A stretch of DNA of 64,000 nucleotides, from contig CM022671.1 of the NCBI GenBank assembly GCA_012295275.1, positions 26,350,001-26,414,000 of the forward strand. The letters run 5' to 3'. Every line of letters begins with the position of its first letter. The stretch's first letter is position 1. The position numbers and the translations under genes are program-made. Below are positions 1 through 22,900 of the stretch, one piece after another. The notes under the pieces are model-generated. The model searched no databases and was not told the DNA's origin. It worked only from the letters and a program-made list of their open reading frames with translations. The stretch comes from Chrysomallon squamiferum. Taxonomy: Eukaryota > Animalia > Mollusca.

Positions 1-1371
1 AAACAGGAATCATGTAACCTGTAGACTTAGTTTTTATTTCTAACTGATTGTTTATTTTTGTAAGAAATACTTTTACGGTAATAATAGTATTATTTAACAT
101 GTTTTAAATCGTGGTAGTTATGTTTCGTTTAAGAAAGGAGTTTTACATGTTAATAGCAACTGTTGGATATTGTGTGTATTTTTCAAAAATATAACTTAAA
201 AGACATTTTTTTTTTTTTTTTTTTTTTAATTTTAGTTTATTTATTTTGTAAGGTACATCAAAAGTTATCATTTTGTAATTCTGAGATTGGGGAAATCTAA
301 AAGTGTAGGTTCTCTGTCTTTACTTTTCACTTTTTCCAAAATATATTTTAAAATTTAAACATCCTCAAGAAATACAGCTTCATTTATGTTGATATTTACT
401 ATTGAGAAAAAATCAACACCAGCAAAAACATTTAAAAGAACATTTGGGTAACATATTAAGCTGATTTTGCAGCAGAGTGATGAATTTTTGTGACATGTTA
501 GTTAATTAGAACACTTGAAATGTGTTAGATATAGAAAAGTTGCAGACCTCCGTGTCACTGAGGGAAATAACCTGATTGATTGCTTTGAATGGCAAAGCTG
601 AATTTACTACAAAGTAATTATCAAAAAAGAAGAAAAAAATTGATTTCCAGATCCATTTCGATCAAAACATCAGAGTTAAGAAAAAAATTAAAAGAGATAA
701 CTTGAGACATTGTAAAAAGTGTTGAACATTAATTCAGCACTGTTCTCCTGATTTACAATCTTGGTTTATATCATTGGTTTTTTTTCTTTATCACAGTCAT
801 ATGTGGAACATTTAATTGATCTGAGAATTAAATTCCCATTTTCAATAAATAAAGCTAATAAATGTTCCAAACTGGTATTGTGACTTGTCATCTTTGTTTG
901 GGGTAAAACTGATAAAATGTCGTAGCTTTTCATCTCTAGATTTTTAATTCCCCATTGATGGACATGAGTTTTTACTGATTTATAGATTTCAACTAGTTTT
1001 TTCATTAAAAAAGATAAAAAAAATTTTGACATTAGTGAAAATGAGGTTTTTGTGTGGGCGGCAGTATGAAGTGTTTTGGATGTATTTGTTTCCTAATATT
1101 TATCATATTGTTTGTATTATAAATACTGTTATAATGATTACTGCTGAGGAACAAAGATTGAGATATGTACTGAGTGAGTCAGTATGTATGCACAGAGAGA
1201 GAGAAAGGAGAAAAAGGAAGAAGGAGAGAATGAAAGTAAGAAGATGGAGGGCAAGAAAAAGGAAGAAAGGAAAAGGAAAGAGATAGGATGAATAAGAGAA
1301 GAGAAAAGGAGGGAGAAAAAAAAAAGAGAAAAGGGATAGGGAGGGGAAACTGAGAAAGAGAGTTAGTTTGA

Positions 1372-1382
1372 ATGTGTGTGTG

Positions 1383-1427
<45 letters not shown>

Positions 1428-1457
1428 GTGTCTGTGTGTGTCTGTGTGTCTGTGTGT
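1372..1457. repeat. (TG)n microsatellite
   Basis: Visible dinucleotide run; a similar run lies at ~3891-3960. Confidence 0.95.
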
Positions 1458-1518
1458 GAGTATTTATCTTGTTATAACACAGAAGCAGTGTTACACTGAG
1501 TTTTGAATTGTGTTTCAG

Positions 1519-12263
<10,745 letters not shown>

Positions 12264-13329
12264 AAATCATTAAAAAAAATTAAAAAATCAAAGACAAAAT
12301 TCAATCATTTATTTAAAAAACTGTTGAACCTAAAATAGTTAACCACGTTCATGTTTGTAGCTTCACCAAAGATGTTGAACTGGATATTAAATGATGGAAA
12401 CATACCAAACAAATGCTGAAAGCTTCATTTATTGAGATTATAAGATGATTTGTTCAACATGTTCAGTCTGTTTCTATAACTTATAGAATTTTTTTCTGTT
12501 CACAACTTCACATTCTGCTTCTTTTCATAGAAAATAGCAACTAGAAAAAAAAACAGTAGTTCTGTTTTCATGCAGAAACGTGTAAAATCATTCCCTATGT
12601 GGAACCTTTGTAAATTTAAATCTTCTGCTAGGAATCAGAAATAAACTTAGAAGTGGACTCAGCTTTTATTTGAGAAACATTTGTTATTGATATTCTGTCT
12701 TTTAGTTTTCTTTTTCTTTTCTTTTTTGCTCTAAGTGTGTGTGTGTGTGTCTTTGTTTTATTATTAATGTTTCTATATATATTTTAAATTATGAACATAA
12801 TTTTGAAATTGTCATCACAACAAACATTTTGTTCATTACTTGTAATGCTACCAGTGCTGAGATGAAGTATGCATTTACTAATCTTTTGGAAAAATACATT
12901 TCATTAAAAAAATAATAATAATAATTAAAAAAATAATAATAATAATAATAAAACTAAAAAAAAAAAAATTAAAAATAAAAATAATAATCACACACGCACA
13001 CACACACACACATTAGAGCAAAAATAAAACAAAATAAAACCCACCCAAAATTAATAATTAATTTGAAAATTTATTAAACAAAATTACAATAATGTTTCAG
13101 ATGTTGTTTATATATATATATATAAATGTCTTTTTTATTATGTAAAATAGTAATAATAAAATAAATATAGATCTTATAAAGTTGTTTTCTTGTTTTTCTT
13201 AAAAAAATATATGAGGATCTGCGTCACTACTTTCTAATGAAGATTTTTAGAAAATATTTCCAATCGTTATGCACAGAGGCTTGTTTTTAATTACACACAG
13301 TTAACGATCTGTAACAATGCATTCGAATT

Positions 13330-13447
13330 CGAAAGGTGGGAAGTAAGTACGGAAGAAAACGGGAAACACTTATAATTTGTTTGGGTAACAACAAAATGGC
13401 GTCCTGCCCGTATGGAATAAAGAAATATGCTATGCCAGTGAGATAAG
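13330..13447 (+). promoter_or_regulatory. Probable promoter / non-coding first exon of the EFCAB12-like gene
   Basis: CpG-containing patch with CGGAAG (ETS-like) and AAAATGGCG (YY1-like) motifs. It ends in a possible donor AAG|GTTAAT near 13447; the matching acceptor is TTTACAG at 14323. Confidence 0.45.
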
Positions 13448-14405
13448 GTTAATTTAAATGAAGATGTGCATATTCTTTCACATTATTTTTTTTAAAAGAC
13501 ATTCACTTCTTAATGAACTGGATATTATAAAATTCAATACAATTTAATACATTGTCAGTGATAATTTAAAGCATTAAATTGAGAACGTATGTAGTGTTAC
13601 GTGTGTAGCCTTCGATTCCTTATAATTGTATGTATATCATATGCTATATGTATGCATATATAATTATGTGTATGTATATAGCTAACTAATCTATTGTATC
13701 TAATTGGCAGACTGTCGCAAGTTTTCGTAATTTTACACACGGATAATCATCAAATATTAACATGCTTTTAAAAGTAATACATTTAATTATGCTTAATAAC
13801 ATTATATCGATCTCATTGTATTGTACATCGTGTGTATGTTGTAAACTTCCAGTTAAATATATAAATAAATAAATATTATTAATTCCAAAAAAAGAATAAT
13901 AATAATAAAAGGTTTGGTATTAAATTTATGTATTTTTGTGAACATTATATTAAATGATAAATTCATGTGTTAGTTTTTAGAAAGAGTTTGAACTAAATGT
14001 ATAAATATACAAATATACGTATCAGTTCAATATATATATATATATATAACTTTAGATAATTAAATAACACTGGATTAAACCTTAACAGATACTCAAAAAT
14101 TATTCATTTAAATTTAAGATCCATTTCTAGTATTGAATAACAAGATGTCTTGTGATACATTTTTTTTGCTTAGACAGTTTTCTGCCATTGAATTGGAATA
14201 AGCTTGTACATTACAATCAAAATTCAATATTTTAATTTTAATATTAATAATATATACCTATTGTATCAACAAATGCCAGTAATTTCAGAATTTAACAATA
14301 TAAGGTCTTGTTTTTCTTTACAGGAATGTTCAACAGCTGAAAACTGTGATAGAAAAAAATAATAAACACTAGTATTTTCAGTAATATTCCTGAAGAATTT
14401 CCAAA

Positions 14406-17400
14406 ATGCCACCTCAAAATGAAGGCAAGGACATTCTTGACACTGATATGGGTTTTATGCTGGATCGTATATTTGATCCTTACAACATGGATCATATTCC
14501 TGAAGATGAACGTCTTAATGGTTTTAAAATCAGGAATTTGTCTCACGTGCGCCATTATAAGGCTGCAGTTAGAATATTTGGTGGCCCAGCAAGTCGAAGG
14601 CGCATCATTTTTGCACCACAAATGGAACTACCATGGAAACATCGAATTGGCTTATACCATGGTTTAAGAACTTACCCCAAAGCCCCACCTATCAATGTAC
14701 CACTGTGTCCCCAAACTCCACCAGTTAAAGAACCAACTGAAGAAGAAGTAGCAGCTATGAAAGAGAAACAAAAGTTTGATGAATACAAGTCATGGATGTC
14801 TGAAAGAAAGAAACTAAGAGATAATATGAATAATCTTGGCCTGAATGAATTCTGGCTTCGGAGAAAACAAAACAAAACAGAGCTAGAGACAAAGGTTATG
14901 GAAGAATTGAGAGCACAGCGACTTAAAAAGCCAGAAGAGGAACCCAAACCAGCAAGACGTCGACAAACACCACCAGATCAACATGTCCCCAAGGTTTCTG
15001 CACCATCTCCACTGGGTCTGCAAGCGCTGAATGAATTTTTACAACAACATAAGCTGCGTTTGGTGGACTTGTTTCAGCAGGTTGACAAAAATAAAAGCTG
15101 GACAATTTCTAGAGAAGAGTTTCTGAAATGCATAAAAGAGGTCACTATTTCTAGTTCATGTATATTTTCAGTTAAAATTGTTTTCATAAGCTTTTGAAAA
15201 AAAAAGAAAAAGGTAAAAAATAATTTTATTAACATATTCCTGGTGAAGTTCTTATTTTCTGCTATTGAATAATATAAGAACTCTAAAATATTTGCATAAC
15301 AACAACCATACTGAATGTCTGATATTTTTTTTATCAGCTTAGTTCTTGATCATATGCACATATTTTACAGATAGCAATTGAACTTCATGTTGTTCCAGAG
15401 AAACTGATAAATTTTTCATTTTGTTATTTTAATAATAAAGGCTAAGCTTCCCATCTCCAGTGTTGAACTGGAAGGCATGATCTACTCACTGGAAAGCAAC
15501 TTGGATGCTATGGTTAATTACAAAGAATTAGCAAAAGGCATGGATATTTTGAAACGGGAACGCAGAAGAAAGAAGAGAGAATCGGACAGTGGCAGAAGTA
15601 GTCCAGGTTAATGAAATAATTATTTTGATTAATGCAATATTTTGTTATACTGTTGTTTTATTCCACTAAATAAAAATTATGGTTAGATCAATTTTCTTTT
15701 TTTAAAGACACTTGTGAATTTCAGATTCCAAACAGTTTGCTTTGCTTTGTTTTATTCCAATCCCCATTACATTTTGATTTCCAATTGCTGCAATTATTTA
15801 GATTTACTAGACAAAAATAAAATATTTGCTAACCCAGCTTTTTTGTAAGAGTTCAGCCACTAACATTGTTTGATATAAAACCAAACTAAAAAATTTGCTC
15901 TATTCATGACTCTGACAATACACACTTGTAATTCTCTTCAGTAACACCAGTATCAAGTTCCTCGTCCAGAAAACTGGTAGAAAGTCGACAAGGAAGCAGG
16001 AATGAAGTGGACTCACCCGATGACAGAACAGGTGATGAGTCACCAGACTCTGACAGGAAAAGGCCTTTATCAACCAAGAGCACTCGAAGTGGAAGTTCAT
16101 TTTCTCAATACCTAGAACCTCCTGAAGTAGACACCAGACCCCAGGCGAAGATTTTAAGTAGTGAAGAAGCAATGGTGGACCTAAGAAAACATGACAAAGA
16201 TGTGCTAAGGTTGCGGGTAATGAGACCATTATTCTAGTTATTAACATCAGTCTCCACAAAATAAATTGTATACAGGATTTAGTAATTAAGTCACGTGATA
16301 TTAATATACAACACCTGAATTCCTGCTTTTTCTGTCTGTGAAAAAAAACAAAAACACTTTGATTATAAAAGTTATACTTAATTTTAGAACAAACTGTAGT
16401 TCATTAACTGTGTACAGTATCTAGCTGCTTTTCCTCACTACACCAATTTCACTTGCTTTTCAGAATCAAAATGTTCTATAGGTTTTTGGGAAAGTGTATG
16501 AAGAAAAAAAGTCCTCTAATAATTTAGAACAGCTGTTGAAGTAGAAATAATTTTTTTTTCCCTTTTACGTTATCCTTACAAACAAAAAAATTCTTTGCTG
16601 TTGCTGTTACAAAGTTTTAAGCTTCTGTCAATCGAATTTTTATTCTTATTTTAGTCTTCTGGTAGTTGTCGTAAGTTGGTAGTCCCAGGTCCAATTAAGG
16701 TGGGTTACAAACCCATTGATAATCATCTGATGAGATCCACTCTTGATGAAGAAAAAGCAGACATAATTGCTGTCTTCCGACAAGACCGCCTGAGGGAATA
16801 TTATGATATTATCAAGCTGTGCAAAGAAAATAATATCATTTGTACTAGAGAACTGCTGGACAGAGGTGAGCAAGATAAATATATAAGAAATTTAAGCTTT
16901 CGCAGATTTAAAAGATTTAAAAGAACATAGTTTTTAATAGTTTATCACATGTCACTGTGTAATATAATACTAAATATTTTTTATTTAATAACCTCCAACA
17001 TGTCTGTACATTTTGCATATAATTTACATTCTACATTCTGATAAATTGTATCTAACACAAATGTTAAACACGAGAGTAATTGTTAGAATAATTAATATGA
17101 CATCATTTTAAACATTTTTTTATTTTTTATTTTTTCAGTTTTGCTCTACCCTCCTGAAAAGCCGTATTATGATCTTTTCAAACATCTGAGAATACCAGGA
17201 TCACTGATTTCTCGCAAGTGTATTGGTATGCGTGATACTGAATCCTCAGACGATGAAGAGGGGAGTGTTAAAGGAGCTCAGAGAAAAAGAAGATCAGGCA
17301 AATCACACAAATCAGGCAAATCGGGAAAATCAGGCAAATCGGGAAAATCGGGAAAATCGGGAAAATCAGGCAAATCAGGCAAATCAGCCAGACATGCAAA

Positions 17401-18330
17401 ACATGATGTGAAGCATTCTGAAAATTGGATCGAATTTGATGAGTACTGCAAATTAACAGGGTATTTAAAAAAAAATATAATAAATTCTAAATTTTGCAGT
17501 GTAGTATTATGATGCTTCTTATGCAGAATATTTATATTTGAATCATTGTATGAAATCGGATACAGGATATTTAAAAAAAATCTAGCATTATGATGTTTTG
17601 TATGAAGAGTATTTATATTTTTGTCATTTTAGGAAATCACATTTTAGAAACTAAAACCAAATTTTGCAATTTAGTCCTACGATCTTATGGAGAGTATTTA
17701 CATTTGGCTGTTATGTGAAATTAGCCGACTTTAAAAACAAAGGAAAAGAAAAGACTATTTTATGTGAATATTTATCTATCTAGGTTAACGTGTGATGATA
17801 ACTCTGAAAACATTTTATGATGTAATCAGAATTAATATTAAGGACAAGATGACATTCTTTTAAGATTTAATTCTAAGGCAAATTACATTTGCAACAGAGA
17901 AATGTAATGATCATCATTCCAGTTGGTAAAAAGATCTTGCAACAACAATCCACTAAATTCCAAGAAACCTATTTCTTTTTACATTTTGATATAATCCCTG
18001 CATATAGAAATAAATCAGCTCTTTATATTTCTAATTTATACCAGAGTTCTTATTATAATTTACCAATTTGTTTGCAGTTACAAACCTCGTCCTATCGATC
18101 CGAATGCTTTCTGGCCTGGTCATCTGCTGAACAAACTGAGGCTGTGCATGCCACCATATGGTCCACTGTATGAACCACCAGACAAACGCCATGCCATATT
18201 TCACCATGCAAAGAGATCGCAGAAACTTTACGTAGGTTACAACAATGATTTGTTGACATGGCCAGTAAAAGACAACAGATATGTCAAATATGGAGACTGT
18301 GAACCCTTTTACAGACGTCTGAAAGAATAG
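14406..18330 (+). CDS. EFCAB12: EF-hand calcium-binding domain protein 12-like, ~653 aa, 6 coding exons
   Basis: Exons 14406-15140, 15441-15606, 15942-16216, 16655-16865, 17139-17460, 18078-18330 sum to 1962 nt in frame. EF-hand: LRLVDLFQQVDKNKSWTISREEF. C-terminal PNAFWPGHLLNKLRLCMP resembles the EFCAB12 motif. In-frame stops lie upstream of ATG 14406. Confidence 0.8.
17293..17387 (+). repeat. Coding 9-bp tandem repeat encoding (SGK)n
   Basis: TC(A/G)GG(C/A)AAA repeated ~10 times in frame within exon 17139-17460. Confidence 0.9.
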
Positions 18331-19958
18331 AACTGCTGCACTGATGTGATATTTATATGTTGTATCTTTCTGCTAAGCCATATTCAAAGGATCACTTCCT
18401 TTTTGCTTGTGAAAATTCTTTTAAAAAACCCCCAGTAAAATATCAGTTTATTAAAATGTTTAGATCTAATATTACTGCTGATGTTTGTTTTAGTTCATCA
18501 ATAGTTTACAGTTTATGTAAACGAAGTTTAAAACATTGCTTTCAATATTATTGGTTTAATACCTAAAGATAAGAAAGAAACCAAAGATGACTAAGATAAC
18601 ATTACATTGGTGATGTAATAAATAATTATTTTTCTGACCAAAGTTAATATGGTATATACAGTTAAGACCTTTTGAATATTTTTATTTTGATGAATGCAAC
18701 TGCTGAGAAAAATAATCTAATTTTCTTTATTTAAATGCTTCTTTTTTAAATATTTATTTACATGTGCCTTCAGATGTTTAACAAAAAAAAATAATAAAAG
18801 GTTATAAATTAAAATGTTATATTTTTATTTAATAATTGTTGTCTCATATACTATCAAGTTTCCTTTGAATACATTTTCAGAAATGTTTTTTGTCTTTCCC
18901 CATTTTAAAAATTACTATTAGTCATTTTACAAACCAAAGCAATGTATTTTTTAAATTTGTTTCTGATATATATATATATATGCATTATATTGATAAATTA
19001 AAAAAAAAAACCCCAAAAATTAATTGTGATATTTTAACTTTATAAATGTGTTATTGGTATACATTTTGTATATTTTACTTCCGACTTGTGAACAAAACTT
19101 ATTTTATTTAGTTTCTTGGTTTTATACATCTGTTGTTACAACTTTGATACTGCTATACTGTTGAGTAAAAATCTCAACATCTATGCTTTTGCTTTATTTA
19201 GTATTTTATCATCTTGTTTGTAAATATGACTGATATATATGTATATATTGTTGAAAATATAATTATTTGGATGAACATTTTGCAGTTTTTGTTTTCTCTA
19301 TATTTGTGATTATGATTTTTATATTAATATTTATCTTACACATTAACACATAGTTTATTGATGTAGAAACAAATATTTAATTATTTACCACTTTATTCAT
19401 TTATCTACAACACATATATAAAAAAATGAAATTAAAAAAGAAAAAATAACTGTTAGTTTATTTACATTTATATTTTATTACTTACAATTGTTATTTTATT
19501 TGAATCAGAAATGAAGTCTTCTGATGTGCTTGTTAACTTGCAAATCACCAATATTAAATGTCAAACAAACCCAGATGTTTTAAAATTTGAGCAAGTTAAT
19601 AAATCTGTTATGTTTTCAACTTGAAATATTCCATAGGTGTAAAATAAAAGCTGGATTTTCTTTTTTTCTTTTACATAATTATAATTATGAAAACAAAAGA
19701 CTAATGTAGCAATTTTATTTCTTATTTCTGCTATGGGAAAATTCAAAATCCTTTTACAAGTTAATATCTTCAGTTTCAGATATTTCATTTTTAGCAAAAT
19801 GTTTTATTTTATATTTATTTATTGTGTAAATATGCTCATGTTTATCGCAATGTTTTAAATACAAGTTTAGAGATCATATCTTCATTATCAGAACTAAAAG
19901 GGAGAATCCTTTTTTTCATCTCACGTCTGCACATTTTGGAAGAGAGAGAAAAAGCGCA

Positions 19959-22900
19959 TCAGTCATCATCAAGCTCCTCTTCGTCACTGAAATAAGCATC
20001 TTTCTTGTATTTCTTCTTTTTTGGTTCCACTGATGTTTCATAGTAACTGCAGCCAGCTGCATATTGTGATGTTTTCATTTGCTGGTAAAAAAAACAACAT
20101 AAAACAGGACAACTTTAGCTTTAAAATATATTTGTACAGTATCATTTGTGAAAATAATATACATCTAAGAAGGTTACAGAAATCAAATATTCTCAAAGTA
20201 TGTGATTTGACAATGGGAATTTCACACATGGGCTTAAAAATAATTAATCTGCAGTTGCTTGTATCTTTGATTAAATGTGTCAAGGGGTCAAGGGGTTTGT
20301 GACCTAAAAATAAGAATCTTTGGAACCACAATATTGTAAATAAATACCTCATACTGGATAGCGGCTGCTAGACTATCATCACCAGCACAGTTGTCATTAT
20401 CACTGTTCTCTTCTTCACTATTAAAATAAATATAAAATAAAATTATTTAAAATGAAGTTTGCACCTGTTAAAATTTATAAATATAATACAATGTCTTCAG
20501 TCTTCATCTATAATATCAGTTAAAAATCTACATCTGTTACGATCTTATATATATTCCAATGAGTAATAATAATTTATTTTAAATTATCAGTGAACAGAGC
20601 CAGTTTCAGTATGATGGTGGCAGAATAAAGGTCATCCACTTTTACTTGATTATTTGTGGGAATTTATTATAATTTTCATTGACAAAAAGCAAAAAGGAAA
20701 CATTGATCATTGAGGAAAGTAGAGTTACTTGAGAGACTCAAAAAAGATGCGTCAGAGCAGCTCTCGAGTGAGAAGTATGCTGTTGGCACATCTGCTGTCT
20801 ATGATATCACAAAACAGACGCAGAGTGTTGCTTGAATTGATTAGGAAGTGTATCTGTTAAATACATTTTGACTTTTCATTGTTTATTCTATTCAGTCCCA
20901 AGCCTGCTGGATAAATGGTCTAGAACCTGAAGTTTAACATCTTCAGTCTTTAATACGAAATTGTTAGAGCAAAATATTCCTCTTATTACTTCAATTATCA
21001 AACTTCTGTGATCTATGTGTATTTATTAATATATCAAAAGAAAATAGCACCACATACTCATCTTCACATTTTCTCTTCTTTTTCTTTTTTTCTGGTGGTT
21101 CGCGATCTCCGAGAAGATTATATGGACATTTGTAACTCAAGTGACCTTCTTCCTGCAGTTTAATAAAAAAATATAAAATACTTGACACAGAGAGAGACAT
21201 AAAAAACAAAACAAAAAAAGGAATGAAAAGAAAATTGTTAAGCAATACTACTACAAACATGGGGACGACGGTATCAATTAAACAACAAAACTGTACTTGT
21301 TTTTACAAGTTGTATACATTAAATGTCAGGGGAAAAAATTACATTCAATAACCTAAGATACAAGTCAAAATGATTTTATTCATTGTACACATTTGTTGTT
21401 GAAACTGACCGGATCAGTAAGACTACAGATCAGTTTGAGGAGTGCTCGTCTGGAAAACATAGTTTCTAAAATTAATCTTTGATTAGGACAGCTACCTTCA
21501 TAAGACGATAACTGTGATTGAACAAATACCTCATACGTAATAAATGTATAATATTCTAGTCAAATATTATTTCAGAAAGACAAACATTTAATTTGGAAAG
21601 GATTGGCACAATTCTAGAGAATTTTCTAGTCACAATGACAGTATTGCATCATTTTCAGTTTCTGTGCAACAAATAAATTTTATTTTAGGTAATTTTCTCA
21701 AACATGGTTACTGGGAAATACGACATCATTGGCTATAAAAAAAACCTCACGTTTTACGCAAGTCAACATCCTCTATTTCATAAACTATTTCATAAAATGT
21801 TCAGAAAACTACCATAGTTTCTTCAAATGTCTATTTCAAAACATAATATTAATGGAAGAAAAAAATTAATTTCATACTTCTAAAGTATTAAGATATATAC
21901 AGATATACTTGATCTCTCTCTCTACGTTCCTATGTGACAACTTTGTCAGTTCATATTAAATATTTAATAAAAAAATAATTCATACTCCACATTCATAGCA
22001 TTTGCTTTTGTCTTTGTAAACTTTCTTCTTGATAAATTCTGTTGTTCTTCCATTGTCTTTAGCAATACTACAGCGAATTGTTCTTTCAAACATCTACAAA
22101 AAGTAAAAATAAATAAAAATTTGAATGATAAGCATTTCATTTTAAATATATAATATTAATAATATGTGAAAGAACCAAGCCACATGCTGAGTACAAACAG
22201 AAAAGATGGAAGTATAGTTATGCATTATTTTGCTTCTAAGGACATTGTCCTTTAGCATAAAGTTATTTCCACCTATTCTAGTGAGATCTGAATAACATTA
22301 ACTGCTGACAGTAGTCCTGAATTCCTGCAATTAATAACTAATGATAAACCTTTCACTGAATGATAATTTACCTTAATTCACCTTAATTAATGACCAGCAT
22401 TAAATCACCTTTATTTAGAGACATACAGTAAGTTACACAAGTAGGAGTAAGTCACTTTTAATTAAAACATACAGTAAGTTACACATGTAGAAGTAAGTCA
22501 CTTTTAATCAAAACATACAGTAAGTTAAAACAAGCAGGATTAAGTCACTTTTAATTAAAGACATACAGTAAGTTAAACAAGTAGGAGTAATTAAAGACTT
22601 AAGTACTGCTTAAGTACAAGTAAGTCACTTTTAATTCAGACATACAGCAAGTTAAACAACTAGGAGTAAGTCATTTTAATTAAAGACTGACGGCAAGTTA
22701 CACAAATTGAAATAAGTCATTTTAATTAAAGACAGTTTTACTCCTAGAGTATTTACACCTCTGTGCTATTCACTGCTTTCACTGCTTTATGTGCAGATTC
22801 TTTTTCCACAGACATAATGAAACATATATTAATACAATGTGTAAAATAATCATGTGTTCCTGTGCCATAAGATGGGTGTTATGTTATCTCATATAAAGAG

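Noticed and set aside
1026-1286. Arg/Lys-rich protamine-like ORF
   Set aside because: Derived from a purine-rich low-complexity tract in an INTS13 intron.
21655-21730. C/D box snoRNA in ZCRB1 intron 4 (minus strand ATGATGT ... CTGA)
   Set aside because: Imperfect C box, no convincing terminal stem and no recognisable guide complementarity.
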